A stretch of 64,000 nucleotides of DNA, taken from IMG/VR virus record IMGVR_UViG_3300027747_004168. One strand, written 5' to 3'. This document shows, piece by piece, positions 1 through 9,094 of this stretch (positions within the stretch are counted from its first letter, which is position 1; each line of letters opens with the position of its first letter). Source of the stretch: an uncultured virus (IMG/VR IMGVR_UViG_3300027747_004168). Lineage: Duplodnaviria > Heunggongvirae > Uroviricota > Caudoviricetes. Under the pieces are notes generated by a model, which was given only the letters and a program-made list of their open reading frames with translations, ran no database searches and was not told the origin of the DNA. The translations under genes were made by a program, and so were the position numbers.

Positions 1-667
1 CAGCATCGACAACTTCATGTCGCTCGCCACGGGCCTGCCGACCGCGAACTACAACTCCACGCTGGTGGGGTGGAACGCCGCCAAGGCGGCGTACAGGGCC
101 GACCTGCGTCCCAACTTCGGCGGGAGCCAGTACACCTGCGGCTCGGCGTCGGCGACGGCCAGGGCGGCCCTCGTCGCCCATGGGTGGACGATCACCGACG
201 GCGGCTGCTCTTCTTTTTCCTGGGCGACGCAACCAGTCAATACGGCCCTGACTGGAACCCCAGGAAATAGATATGTCCAATTCTCGTACTCATACAACTA
301 TACTTCTTCATCTGGTTTTCAATCGTTCCAATACAGTGACGATGGAATCACATGGGTCAACTTTTCGCCGAATTCTGCCACCGTCCTGTCCGGTCCATCT
401 AGCAACGGGGTGTATCAGTTTAGTGGTACTTTCACTGTAAACGGATTCGTTTCCACCAGAAGATACAGGGTTAAAGTTTCCATTTCTGGCGTGGATTACT
501 TCAGCAATTACGCATGGGCCGTCTGCGCTGCTTCGTTATGCGCCCAATATCTGCCTGTCGGATGGGGAGGCGGATTGTATGCGGATGAATGCGGCTTCAT
601 ACCGATTCCCGGGTACACACAGTCTTTTGACTGTAGCACGTGCGAATGCGTGGAGACGCTAATTTAG
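1..667 (+). CDS. 5'-truncated surface/adhesin-like protein; BspA/DUF285-type C-terminal cap followed by a beta-rich, Cys-containing tail
   Basis: Frame is open to the window edge. YNSTLVGW...NFGGSQY...ARAAL...WTITDGG resembles the cap that ends DUF285 repeat regions. Confidence 0.55.
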   Translation, partial: SIDNFMSLATGLPTANYNSTLVGWNAAKAAYRADLRPNFGGSQYTCGSASATARAALVAHGWTITDGGCSSFSWATQPVNTALTGTPGNRYVQFSYSYNYTSSSGFQSFQYSDDGITWVNFSPNSATVLSGPSSNGVYQFSGTFTVNGFVSTRRYRVKVSISGVDYFSNYAWAVCAASLCAQYLPVGWGGGLYADECGFIPIPGYTQSFDCSTCECVETLI

Positions 668-694
668 CATTTCTTTAAATGACGGAGGTACAAT

Positions 695-889
695 ATGAAT
701 GAGATAGCCAACCCGGAACAGGACACTTACTGGATAATAACGGACGGCTCTTCGTACGGCACGGGGGTCACGGCGGTAGGACAAACGACCACAGTGGGCA
801 ACGGGTGGTCGATCTGGTGGTCTGGATCGGATCGGGAGGAATACGATGCCAAGTGCGGCGAGGTCTCCCTTCAGCCCATAACTGGCTGA
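695..889 (+). CDS. hypothetical protein
   Basis: 64 aa ORF with GGAGG Shine-Dalgarno upstream. Confidence 0.6.
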   Translation: MNEIANPEQDTYWIITDGSSYGTGVTAVGQTTTVGNGWSIWWSGSDREEYDAKCGEVSLQPITG

Positions 890-892
890 TCG

Positions 893-1585
893 TCAAAGTT
901 CGATGTCGGAGTCCTCGGGCATGTCGTTGTCCAGTGGAAACTCCCAATACAGCCGATCCACCCAGTGCTTCCATGTGTCGAGTATTTTGACCCTGTCCCG
1001 TATGAGCGAGTACTCCGGCTTGATCGGCTCTTTGAGGAGTCTCATGGGGTTTTGCCCTCTCCATTTTTTTGCCTTCGCCTTGTCGCGTGGCCTGAAGGCC
1101 TCCTCGGGCCTTCTGTCGGCCTTCTGGCTGTTGCACTGGTAGCAGGCGAGCACGCAGTTTGTCCAGCTCGTCTCGCCGCCGAGTGACCTCGGCACTATGT
1201 GGTCAAGCGTGCATTCGTCGTCCGGGGGCCTGACGCCGCAGTACTGGCACATGTGGCAGTCTCTCTTCCAGATGGCCCTTCTGCAGAAGTTCACCTTCTG
1301 GATTGGCATGCCTTCGTAGCGGGTGAGGAGCATCACCTCCGGAATCCGGTGTATGTGGGTCGCAGATACCAGGCCGTCCTCCCCGTCCGCAGGCCTCATC
1401 AGCGACCAGTCGTTCCAGTCCCACACCTCGTAAGAACCCTTGGGAGGAGGCGTGATCACCCTGGCCCGAGGTTCGCCGTCCTCGTAGTGGGTGAACAACA
1501 GCGACACCGCCTTGGGGAGGCCCACCACCCCCACGGCGCACCAGTTCCTATTCAGGACGAGGACTTTTCTCGAGGTTACCGTCAT
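893..1585 (-). CDS. HNH endonuclease (McrA-like)
   Basis: VLVLN N-terminus; RDxxxCQYCG...TLDHIVPRSLGG...WTNCVLACYQCNSQK. Confidence 0.9.
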   Translation of the reverse strand: MTVTSRKVLVLNRNWCAVGVVGLPKAVSLLFTHYEDGEPRARVITPPPKGSYEVWDWNDWSLMRPADGEDGLVSATHIHRIPEVMLLTRYEGMPIQKVNFCRRAIWKRDCHMCQYCGVRPPDDECTLDHIVPRSLGGETSWTNCVLACYQCNSQKADRRPEEAFRPRDKAKAKKWRGQNPMRLLKEPIKPEYSLIRDRVKILDTWKHWVDRLYWEFPLDNDMPEDSDIEL

Positions 1586-1589
1586 GCCC

Positions 1590-2693
1590 TTATCTATCCC
1601 CCGCCAGCTCCTTCTCCGCCGCCTTCATGGCCATGCTGATGGTGTCGTCCATGTCGAGATATTTGTAACTCCCTAGTCTTCCTGAAATTGTGACGTCTTT
1701 TTCTTTTTCCGCAAGCTCGCGGTACCTTCGGTAGAGCGATCCGTTCCTGTCGTCGTTGATCGGATAGTACGGGTCTCTGGTCTCGCGCCAGTCGACCGAG
1801 TACTCCCTGCTAACCACGGTGTTCGGAGATTCGGGATTCTCGAAGTGCTTGTGTTCTATGACGCGGGTGTACGGGGTCTCTGCGTCCGTGTAGTTCACGC
1901 ATGAGTGGCCCTGGAAGTCGCCCCGCATCTCTTCGTGCTCCCATTGGAGGCTCCTGTACTCAAGTTCCCCTAGTTCGTAGTTGAAGTACTGGTCTATGCC
2001 CCCGCAGAACACGAGTTTGTCGGCGTAGTCCCTCCACTTGCTCCTCACCTGCTCGAAATCTGTCCCGAGTTCCACCTTGATTCCGTCAAGCATGTTATCC
2101 ACCATCTTGGTGTACCCTCCGATTGGTATTCCTTGGTAGGTGAGGTCGTGGAAGTAGTCATCGTTGAACGTGTAGCGGACGGGCAGTCGTTTCACGATGC
2201 TTGCCGAAAGATCGCGGGGGTGCTTGTTCCACTGCTTTGTCGAGTATCCCTCTATGAAGGTCTCGTAGAGAGTCCTGCCGATCACTGATAGGCACCACTC
2301 CTCCATGTTCTTGGGGTTGTCGCACGGCACCTTCTCCTCATCCACTCTTCTCATCGCCTCCTCCGGCGTGCGGACGCCCCACAGCTGGCTCATGGTCATG
2401 AGGTTTATGGGGAAGCTCAGCATCCTTCCCTTGAAGTTCACAAGGCCCTTGTGGCGGTAGTTGTTGAACGAGGCGAATCGGTTGACATAATCCCAGACTT
2501 CCTTTTTGTCAGTGTGCCAGATGTGGCATCCATAAGTGTGCACTGTCACTCCATTGACATTTTTTGTATACACGTTGCCAGCGATGTGATCCCTTCTGTC
2601 GATGACCATCACGCTCTTGCCCTTCTCTTTAGCCTTTTGGGCGAACGTTGCTCCGAATATACCCGATCCAACAATTAGATAGTCGTACTTCAT
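1590..2693 (-). CDS. glf: UDP-galactopyranose mutase
   Basis: IVGSGIFG FAD motif, HIAGN, YGCHIWHT, YQGIP, YTRVIEHKHF, PYYP, GRLGSYKYLDMD. Confidence 0.95.
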   Translation of the reverse strand: MKYDYLIVGSGIFGATFAQKAKEKGKSVMVIDRRDHIAGNVYTKNVNGVTVHTYGCHIWHTDKKEVWDYVNRFASFNNYRHKGLVNFKGRMLSFPINLMTMSQLWGVRTPEEAMRRVDEEKVPCDNPKNMEEWCLSVIGRTLYETFIEGYSTKQWNKHPRDLSASIVKRLPVRYTFNDDYFHDLTYQGIPIGGYTKMVDNMLDGIKVELGTDFEQVRSKWRDYADKLVFCGGIDQYFNYELGELEYRSLQWEHEEMRGDFQGHSCVNYTDAETPYTRVIEHKHFENPESPNTVVSREYSVDWRETRDPYYPINDDRNGSLYRRYRELAEKEKDVTISGRLGSYKYLDMDDTISMAMKAAEKELAGDR

Positions 2694-2742
2694 TCCCTAA
2701 ATTAGGGTGGCCCATCGGTTTGTCGGGACGCCTGACTTCGCC

Positions 2743-2988
2743 TCAGAGTTTCTGTACCCGCACCACCAGGTCTGTCGTGCCCTTTATCACCCGGTGCCAT
2801 TCGCCCTTGGGTATGCGTATGTCGCCTTCTATTGGCTTGGGCAGTTCGTTGTCCCTCTGGAACAGCCAGTCGTTCTGCCCAATCGGGGAGACTATCCTCT
2901 CTTCCCTGTCCCGGTGCCACTTGAGCTCGTCGGGTTCGGTGTCCTTCGAGAATGTCCTTATTTCGCCTTTTTCTGTGTATGGCCCCAT
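2743..2988 (-). CDS. small cupin-like phage protein
   Basis: WHRD...IPKGEWHRVIKG cupin-like His motifs. Confidence 0.6.
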   Translation of the reverse strand: MGPYTEKGEIRTFSKDTEPDELKWHRDREERIVSPIGQNDWLFQRDNELPKPIEGDIRIPKGEWHRVIKGTTDLVVRVQKL

Positions 2989-3022
2989 ATATAACCTGTC
3001 TATTATCTAGAGGTGAACAGCG

Positions 3023-3613
3023 GTGAATTTCGGCGAATACTTGAAGATTTCGGAGTCGATGCACCTCGTGGGCGACGCGCAGGTCAGCGAGGCGATGAGG
3101 TACCACCTTGAGAAAGGACTCGGCCTCCACGAGAGCGTCTTCAGGCTGTACAGCAGGGCTTGGTTCGAACTCGTCGAGGAGGCCAGGAGTCTTTACGATT
3201 CCGACCTTCTGGCCCTGAACGACGACGACACCGATCTCGTGGAGTCAGACCTGGGCCAGACCGCCGAGTACAGAGGTCGCAGGGTCCGTCTGGACGCCCC
3301 CATTCCCTTGGCATCCCGCCTTGACGAGGCCGAGTACAAGGGGCGCAAGGTTAGCGTGGGCAAGCCCTTTAGGACGCCCGGGGAGGGAAAGAAGTTCGCC
3401 GTCTACGTCAGGACGCCGGGCGGGAGGATCAAGAAGGTGAGATTCGGAGACCCCAATCTTACGGTCAAGAACAACAACCCGGCCCGAGCCAAAAGCTTCC
3501 GCGCAAGGCACAAGTGTTCGGAGAAGAAGGACAGAACCAAGGCCGGATACTGGGCGTGTAGGATAGGAAGGTACGCCAAGGCGGTGGGCTTGAAGAGCTC
3601 CAAGAGTTGGTGA
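3023..3613 (+). CDS. conserved-looking phage protein with basic C-terminal domain
   Basis: MNFGEYL N-terminus; KKFAVYV...VRFGDP...SFRARHKC...AGYWAC domain; GAGG SD. Confidence 0.7.
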   Translation: MNFGEYLKISESMHLVGDAQVSEAMRYHLEKGLGLHESVFRLYSRAWFELVEEARSLYDSDLLALNDDDTDLVESDLGQTAEYRGRRVRLDAPIPLASRLDEAEYKGRKVSVGKPFRTPGEGKKFAVYVRTPGGRIKKVRFGDPNLTVKNNNPARAKSFRARHKCSEKKDRTKAGYWACRIGRYAKAVGLKSSKSW

Positions 3614-3625
3614 CCCGCCACTATA

Positions 3626-4834
3626 ATGATGGTGCCACAGGAAAGGAACCAAATGAGCATCTTCGTACACATGACAGCATATCGGGGCTTCGACGTCGTG
3701 CCTACCGTGAAGGACTGCATAGACAAGTCAAAAGACCGCGACGCCCTCCACTTCGGCCTGTGCCTCCAGCAGGACGAAGAGATACCCTCCGAACTCAACC
3801 ACGAAAGGATCACCGTCGAGAGGGTGCCCTTGGGCGAACGAAAGGGGCACGGTTTTGCCCGCAGCAGGGCGCAGAGAATGTACGCGGGCCAGGACTTCTC
3901 ATTCCAGATCGACTCTGGATGCAGGTTCGCGGAGGGCTGGGACGAACAGCTCATACAGGCCCTTGAGATCGTCGGCTCCGAGAGGGCGTTGATCACAAAC
4001 CCGGCCAACAGGTTCAACCCCGAGAACGGCGAGCTCGAACACAAAGACGTGGCCTACAAGGCCCAGGTTTTCCAGTTCCTGTCCAACACGCCCGCGATTT
4101 GGCCGATGGCGTTGAAGGGCGTGGTCGCTATTCAAAGGACGCGGATGACCTGCGACCACAACATATTCTCCCAGGGAAGGCACTGCACGGAATGCCCGCA
4201 CGACCCGGACCTCTACTACTCCGAGATCGACTCTGCGATGTCGTTGAGGAGCTTCACCCTCGGGTACGACCTGTTCCAACACTTCAAGCCGATGGTGTTC
4301 AGGAACTATTCGAACAGGGCAATGAACTGGGCCGACGACTTCGAATGGTGGCTAAAAGACCGCTCCAGCAAGGCCAGGTTCGACGACCTTTTGGCGGGCA
4401 GGCTTGCCGATTTCGGGCTTGGATCGTCAAGGACTCTGCGTGACTTTGAGCTGTTCTCCGGCATAGACTTCCCGGGCAGGAGGATTCAGAGGGACGCTCT
4501 GACGGGCTCCGAGCCGCCGTGCAAGTTCGAGGACGAAGCCAAGTGGGAGGCTGGATACATGAAGGACTACAACATCGCGGTTTCATGGGATCCCGCCAAG
4601 GTAGAGTCCTGTGAAGACTACGACTACTGGCTTTTCGCCGTGGAGGACTCTGCGGGCAACACGATCAGCCGACAGGACCTCCGGTGGGAGAGGGACAAGG
4701 ACGCCCTCGAGAAGCGCGTTTCATCCAAGAAGGTGCAGTTCAGAGCCCAAGCACAGGCCGTACCGTCGAAGGTCGCAATACAACCCTTCAGCAAGAGCAG
4801 AGGCGGTCTGGCGAAGGCCACATTCAACATTTGA
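3626..4834 (+). CDS. GT60-like (Skp1/polypeptide GlcNAc transferase-like) glycosyltransferase, divergent
   Basis: SIFVHMTAYRG (cf. IFVxIASYRD), G..FAR, QIDSGCRF (cf. QIDSHxRF), GWD, SLRSFTLGYD, LGSSRTL. Confidence 0.75.
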   Translation: MMVPQERNQMSIFVHMTAYRGFDVVPTVKDCIDKSKDRDALHFGLCLQQDEEIPSELNHERITVERVPLGERKGHGFARSRAQRMYAGQDFSFQIDSGCRFAEGWDEQLIQALEIVGSERALITNPANRFNPENGELEHKDVAYKAQVFQFLSNTPAIWPMALKGVVAIQRTRMTCDHNIFSQGRHCTECPHDPDLYYSEIDSAMSLRSFTLGYDLFQHFKPMVFRNYSNRAMNWADDFEWWLKDRSSKARFDDLLAGRLADFGLGSSRTLRDFELFSGIDFPGRRIQRDALTGSEPPCKFEDEAKWEAGYMKDYNIAVSWDPAKVESCEDYDYWLFAVEDSAGNTISRQDLRWERDKDALEKRVSSKKVQFRAQAQAVPSKVAIQPFSKSRGGLAKATFNI

Positions 4835-4845
4835 AAGGCATATTC

Positions 4846-5475
4846 ATGTTTATAGAACACATCCCACTCTTCCTATTTTCCATTTCTTTCTTGCTGTTGC
4901 TCGGCCTGCTTCTGATAATTCGGTCGTGGAACCTGTCTTTCGTGGCTCGTGCGCCCGTGGAGTCCTGCGACGTTTCTGACGTCAAGGCCTCTGTTTTGTC
5001 GGACAGCTACGACCGCCAGAGCAACACATGGAGCATCCAACTGACTTGGTCTCCCCCGGTTGGTTCCTGCCAGCAGTACGTCGGCTACTCCGTGGAGGTG
5101 TACTACGACACGGAGGGCCAGTGGCTGGGATACAACTGGATCCCTTCTCTTTCGTCAACTAGCATCAGCCCGGCCCTTTTCCCGAACGCCACGCAGAGGT
5201 ATCGGGTTCGCCCGCAGAGCTCTCCGCAGCGCGACGCGACAGAGGTCGGGTCATGGGTGGAGTCCAACTCCGTGGGTCCCCAGTCCAGCCCCCCCGCCGC
5301 GGAGGAAAAGTCGGAGAACGCAAAGAAGCCCCCCAGGAAGCCCGCCACACCGGACGCTTTGAAGGCCAAGCGCCAGAAGTCGAGTCCCCCAAGGCCAAAG
5401 AAGAAGGCTCCCAGTCCCAAGAACATAGTGATCGTGAAGAGACAGGACAAGAAGAAGCCGAGGGGCAACGGCTAG
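4846..5475 (+). CDS. membrane-anchored protein with FN3-like domain and Lys/Pro-rich tail
   Basis: N-terminal hydrophobic helix; LTWSPP...GYSVE...YRVR FN3-like pattern. Start moved to ATG 4846. Confidence 0.55.
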   Translation: MFIEHIPLFLFSISFLLLLGLLLIIRSWNLSFVARAPVESCDVSDVKASVLSDSYDRQSNTWSIQLTWSPPVGSCQQYVGYSVEVYYDTEGQWLGYNWIPSLSSTSISPALFPNATQRYRVRPQSSPQRDATEVGSWVESNSVGPQSSPPAAEEKSENAKKPPRKPATPDALKAKRQKSSPPRPKKKAPSPKNIVIVKRQDKKKPRGNG

Positions 5476-5699
5476 ATTTCCTTGGCTGCCCTGTAGAGGT
5501 CGGCTATCTGCCGCCTCTCCTCCTTGGTCATCCCAAGGGACTCGTTCTCCTCCAGAGACCATAGGTCAATCGTGGAGAGCTTTCTCGCGATCTTGCGCAA
5601 CCTGGCCGTCATTTTGTAGATGTGGTCGGCCTGCTCGGGGGTGACCTCTACGCCCCTCTCCGCGAGTATGTGCCGGAACTCACTGGCGCGGTTTCTCAT
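5472..5699 (-). CDS. hypothetical protein
   Basis: ORF from MRNRASE, overlapping the upstream gene. Confidence 0.55.
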   Translation of the reverse strand: MRNRASEFRHILAERGVEVTPEQADHIYKMTARLRKIARKLSTIDLWSLEENESLGMTKEERRQIADLYRAAKEI

Positions 5700-5961
5700 C
5701 TGACCTGCCCTCCGTCTGCGCCTCTTCATCCTTGTTGAAGTTGTTGTGGACGGCCTGAACAAGCTCGCAGTCGTAAAACTTCTCGACGAACTCATCCTCC
5801 AGCCAGTATGGGACCTCAACTGCCCACCTGCGCACCAGCGTCGAAACGCGAGATCCCGACACGCCCATGAAGGCCAACGCCGAGCGCACCTCCACGTCGG
5901 TGATGTCCTTATAGAACTTCACGAGCACCGTGTTGAACTTGTCCCTGATTCTCTTTGGCAT
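5680..5961 (-). CDS. hypothetical protein
   Basis: 93 aa ORF with GGAG SD. Confidence 0.6.
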   Translation of the reverse strand: MPKRIRDKFNTVLVKFYKDITDVEVRSALAFMGVSGSRVSTLVRRWAVEVPYWLEDEFVEKFYDCELVQAVHNNFNKDEEAQTEGRSDEKPRQ

Positions 5962-6048
5962 TTTTTACTCCGTAGTTGCCCGCCGGGGGGCGGGTTCGCA
6001 AGATATCATATCTATAGGCGCTTGAAAACACAATATCGGATGTGCGGC

Positions 6049-6076
6049 TTGACATTTCCATGTATTTCATTAGATT
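6049..6076 (+). promoter_or_regulatory. sigma70-type promoter, probably leaderless for the MTase
   Basis: TTGACA-N16-TAGATT ending 6 nt before GTG 6083. Confidence 0.55.
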
Positions 6077-6082
6077 GTTCAT

Positions 6083-7258
6083 GTGAGATTCATAGACCTG
6101 TTCTGCGGCATAGGCGGTTTCCATCAGGCGCTGGCGCGGCTCGGCATGGAGTGCGTCTTCGCCTGCGACCGGGACGAAGCCTGCAGGCGCGCCTACGAGT
6201 CGAACTACGGCCTTAGGCCCGCCGGCGACATCCTAGAGGTCGCCCCCGACTCGCTCCCTGACTTCGATGTCCTGTGTGCCGGCTTCCCCTGCCAGTCGTT
6301 CTCCAAGGCCGGACACCGGAGGGGCTTCGACGACGACAGGGGCAACCTCTTCTTCTCCATCTGCCGCATCGCCGCCGCAAAGTCGCCCAGTTACATGATC
6401 CTGGAGAACGTCAGAAACCTTGCGTCTCACGATTCTGGCAACACGTGGAGGGTGATAAGGGAGTCGTTGGAGTCGCTCGGGTACGAGACGTACGCGGAGC
6501 CATTGATCCTGAACGCCAGAGACTTCGGCGTACCCCAGAACAGGGAGAGGGTCATCATCCTGTGCAAGAGAAGCGATCTCGGAGGGGTGCCTCCGCGACC
6601 GGAGACCCCCAAGAAGAGACCCAGGGTCCGCTTGGATTCGGTGGTGGACATTTCCTCGGCCGGAGGCCTTTCGGGGAAGATGAAAGTCGTGGAAAGGGTT
6701 TGGGACGAGTTCGTGCGCACGCTGGTCGCGAACGGCGTGGCGGCCCCCAAGTTCCCTGTGTGGACGGATTGGTGGGACGCCGATGGCGATGTGCAGGACA
6801 AGTCGGCCTTCTACGAGAAGTACGAGGCCTGGATAGAGAAGAACAGGGCGTTCTACAGGAGCAACGCGCTAATCCTGGACCCATGGCTGGCCAGGTCGCG
6901 TTCCGAGCCCCAGTGGTTCGGCGCCGTCAGGAAGTTCGAGTGGCAAGCGGGCGACTTCCGTCCCGACGACGGGATGGACAAGGTTCTCTGGACGGCGAGG
7001 GGCTCCGGGATCAGGGCGAAGCGTCCTGACTACGCGCCGACGCTCGTGGCCATAAGCCAGGTGCCGGTCTACGGCCCGCTGGGCCGGAAACTCACGGCAA
7101 GGGAGCTGCTGCGGCTCCAGTCCTTCCCCGACTCCTTCAAGTACGAGGAGAGGCACGTCTACAGGCAGGTTGGGAACAGCGTGAACGTAGATGTCATAGA
7201 GAGGTGCGCGAGGTTCCTGATCCGAGGCGAGCCGCTCTGGTATTGTGAACCGCGCTAG
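6083..7258 (+). CDS. DNA (cytosine-5) methyltransferase
   Basis: DLFCGIGG (motif I), AGFPCQ (IV), ENV (VI), QNRER (VIII), RLQSFP (IX), GNSV (X). Confidence 0.95.
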   Translation: MRFIDLFCGIGGFHQALARLGMECVFACDRDEACRRAYESNYGLRPAGDILEVAPDSLPDFDVLCAGFPCQSFSKAGHRRGFDDDRGNLFFSICRIAAAKSPSYMILENVRNLASHDSGNTWRVIRESLESLGYETYAEPLILNARDFGVPQNRERVIILCKRSDLGGVPPRPETPKKRPRVRLDSVVDISSAGGLSGKMKVVERVWDEFVRTLVANGVAAPKFPVWTDWWDADGDVQDKSAFYEKYEAWIEKNRAFYRSNALILDPWLARSRSEPQWFGAVRKFEWQAGDFRPDDGMDKVLWTARGSGIRAKRPDYAPTLVAISQVPVYGPLGRKLTARELLRLQSFPDSFKYEERHVYRQVGNSVNVDVIERCARFLIRGEPLWYCEPR

Positions 7259-7271
7259 ATTTCAATAGAAT

Positions 7272-8039
7272 GTGCCTGTTCGCAACGAAAGGGACGCTAT
7301 GGCAGAGTGCGGGTTTGCATGCAAGTCTAGATGCCTTAGGGAATTCATAAAGGCGTTGGGGATCAGTCCCCACGATCTAATCAAAAGGTACGAGAACGAC
7401 CGCTTCAGCGACGGCTTCTCGAAGTTGAGGGTGTTTGCCGAAATCCTTCTCGGGAGAGTCAGCGAGGGGACGCGTCGGTACTTGGAGGCGAGGCTGGGCG
7501 GCAAAGGTCTTTCGCACCACAGGGACGGCAGGAACGCCAGCGAGTACGGGGCCACCTTGGTGCGAGGATGGATTTTTGAGGACGCTCTGCTCAACGCGTT
7601 CGACCTGCATGGCATGAGGGCGGAGCAGGTAGGGAGGGACAGCCAAAGGGAGTTCCTGCCGGGTTCGAAGGTGGGATCAGATTCGGACTTCCTCGTGTCG
7701 CAAGGCGCGGCCCGACGCTCGGTCGAGGTCGTATCGGACTACACGGGATACTGGTCTCAAAACGACAGGGTCGACCTGAGGGACTTCAAGTACGACAAGA
7801 TCCTAGAGCAGGACGGGCTTCTCATGGGCCTGTCCCTCGGGACTCTCGACGGATTCCTCCTTCGGCCTCTGGTGGACGACGAGGTGCGGGTCAGCAGGGT
7901 CGCCCGCCACCGGCCCTATGGCGACAAGCCTGCCGTGTCGATAAGCGGCATATCCGCGATCACCATGCCCGTCCATGAGCTCTTCGGGGCCCTGGCGGAG
8001 GCGATCGCTCGGCCCATCGGGCAGGAGGTGGCCCGATGA
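7272..8039 (+). CDS. putative Type II restriction endonuclease
   Basis: Lies between two C5 MTases; acidic motifs WIFED, SDSDF, VEVVSD are compatible with a PD-(D/E)xK-like fold. Confidence 0.5.
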   Translation: MPVRNERDAMAECGFACKSRCLREFIKALGISPHDLIKRYENDRFSDGFSKLRVFAEILLGRVSEGTRRYLEARLGGKGLSHHRDGRNASEYGATLVRGWIFEDALLNAFDLHGMRAEQVGRDSQREFLPGSKVGSDSDFLVSQGAARRSVEVVSDYTGYWSQNDRVDLRDFKYDKILEQDGLLMGLSLGTLDGFLLRPLVDDEVRVSRVARHRPYGDKPAVSISGISAITMPVHELFGALAEAIARPIGQEVAR

Positions 8040-9094
8040 TAGCGGTGGATCTTTTCTGCGGAGCGGGCGGTCTGGGACTAGGCCTCGAGCAGGCGGGTTT
8101 CACTATCGCCATGGCGAACGAGATGGAGAAGGACTTCGCGGACACGCACGACAGGAACTTCCCCTCATGCCGTGCCATCAACAAGCCGATACAGGATGTG
8201 AACTTCCGGGCCGAGGCCGCCAGCATAGGCTCCCCGGTCGACCTGGTCGCGGGAGGGCCGCCCTGCCAGGGTTTCAGCACCGTCGGAAAGAAGAACGCGG
8301 CCGACCCCCGCAACTCCCTATTCGTTCAGTTCCTCCGTGCCGTCGAGGAGCTGGAACCCAAGTTCGTCCTTTTCGAGAACGTGGCGGGCTTCAAGAGGCT
8401 ATACGAGGGTAAGATGTACGAAAAGACCGTGGAGGGTCTCTCGGCACTGGGTTTCGAATCCACCAGCTCCGTCCTGAACGCCAAGGACTTCGGAACCCCG
8501 CAGTCTCGCGAGAGAACCATAATCCTCGCCTGGAGGAAGGGGGAGAGGCCACTGTCCATGCCCGCCCCCACCCACGGCACGTCCGAAAGGCCCTGCATGA
8601 CGCTCGTGGAGGCGATCTCCGACCTCCCTCCGCTCAAGCCGGGCGAGGAGCGGTCCGACTACCTGTGCGGCCCGCAGAACGAATACCAGAGGCTCATGAG
8701 GGCATCCGGGGGCCCCCTTACGGAACATAAATGCGCAAAGTACGGGGCGAAGATGCAGCAGGTCATCTCCCATGTTCGCCGTGGCGGCTCGATAATGGAC
8801 GTCCCCGAGGAGCTACGTCCGAAGGGGTATTTCAAGAACACCTACGCCAGGCTACTGCCGGACACGCCCTGCACGACGATAACCCGCAACTTCGGGACGC
8901 CCTCGTCCTCCAGGTGCATCCACCCCCATCAGAATAGGGCTCTTTCGACGAGGGAGGGGGCCAGGATACAGGGCTTCCCCGACCACTATCAGTTCGTCGG
9001 CGGCAAGGGCTCTAAGAATCTCCAGATAGGCAACGCCGTGCCCCCGGCTCTGGCATTCGCACTCGGGAGGCAGATCGCTCTGTCCTTGAAATGA
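8036..9094 (+). CDS. DNA (cytosine-5) methyltransferase
   Basis: DLFCGAGG, GGPPCQGFS, ENV, QSRER, RIQGFPD, IGNAVPP. Confidence 0.95.
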   Translation: MIAVDLFCGAGGLGLGLEQAGFTIAMANEMEKDFADTHDRNFPSCRAINKPIQDVNFRAEAASIGSPVDLVAGGPPCQGFSTVGKKNAADPRNSLFVQFLRAVEELEPKFVLFENVAGFKRLYEGKMYEKTVEGLSALGFESTSSVLNAKDFGTPQSRERTIILAWRKGERPLSMPAPTHGTSERPCMTLVEAISDLPPLKPGEERSDYLCGPQNEYQRLMRASGGPLTEHKCAKYGAKMQQVISHVRRGGSIMDVPEELRPKGYFKNTYARLLPDTPCTTITRNFGTPSSSRCIHPHQNRALSTREGARIQGFPDHYQFVGGKGSKNLQIGNAVPPALAFALGRQIALSLK

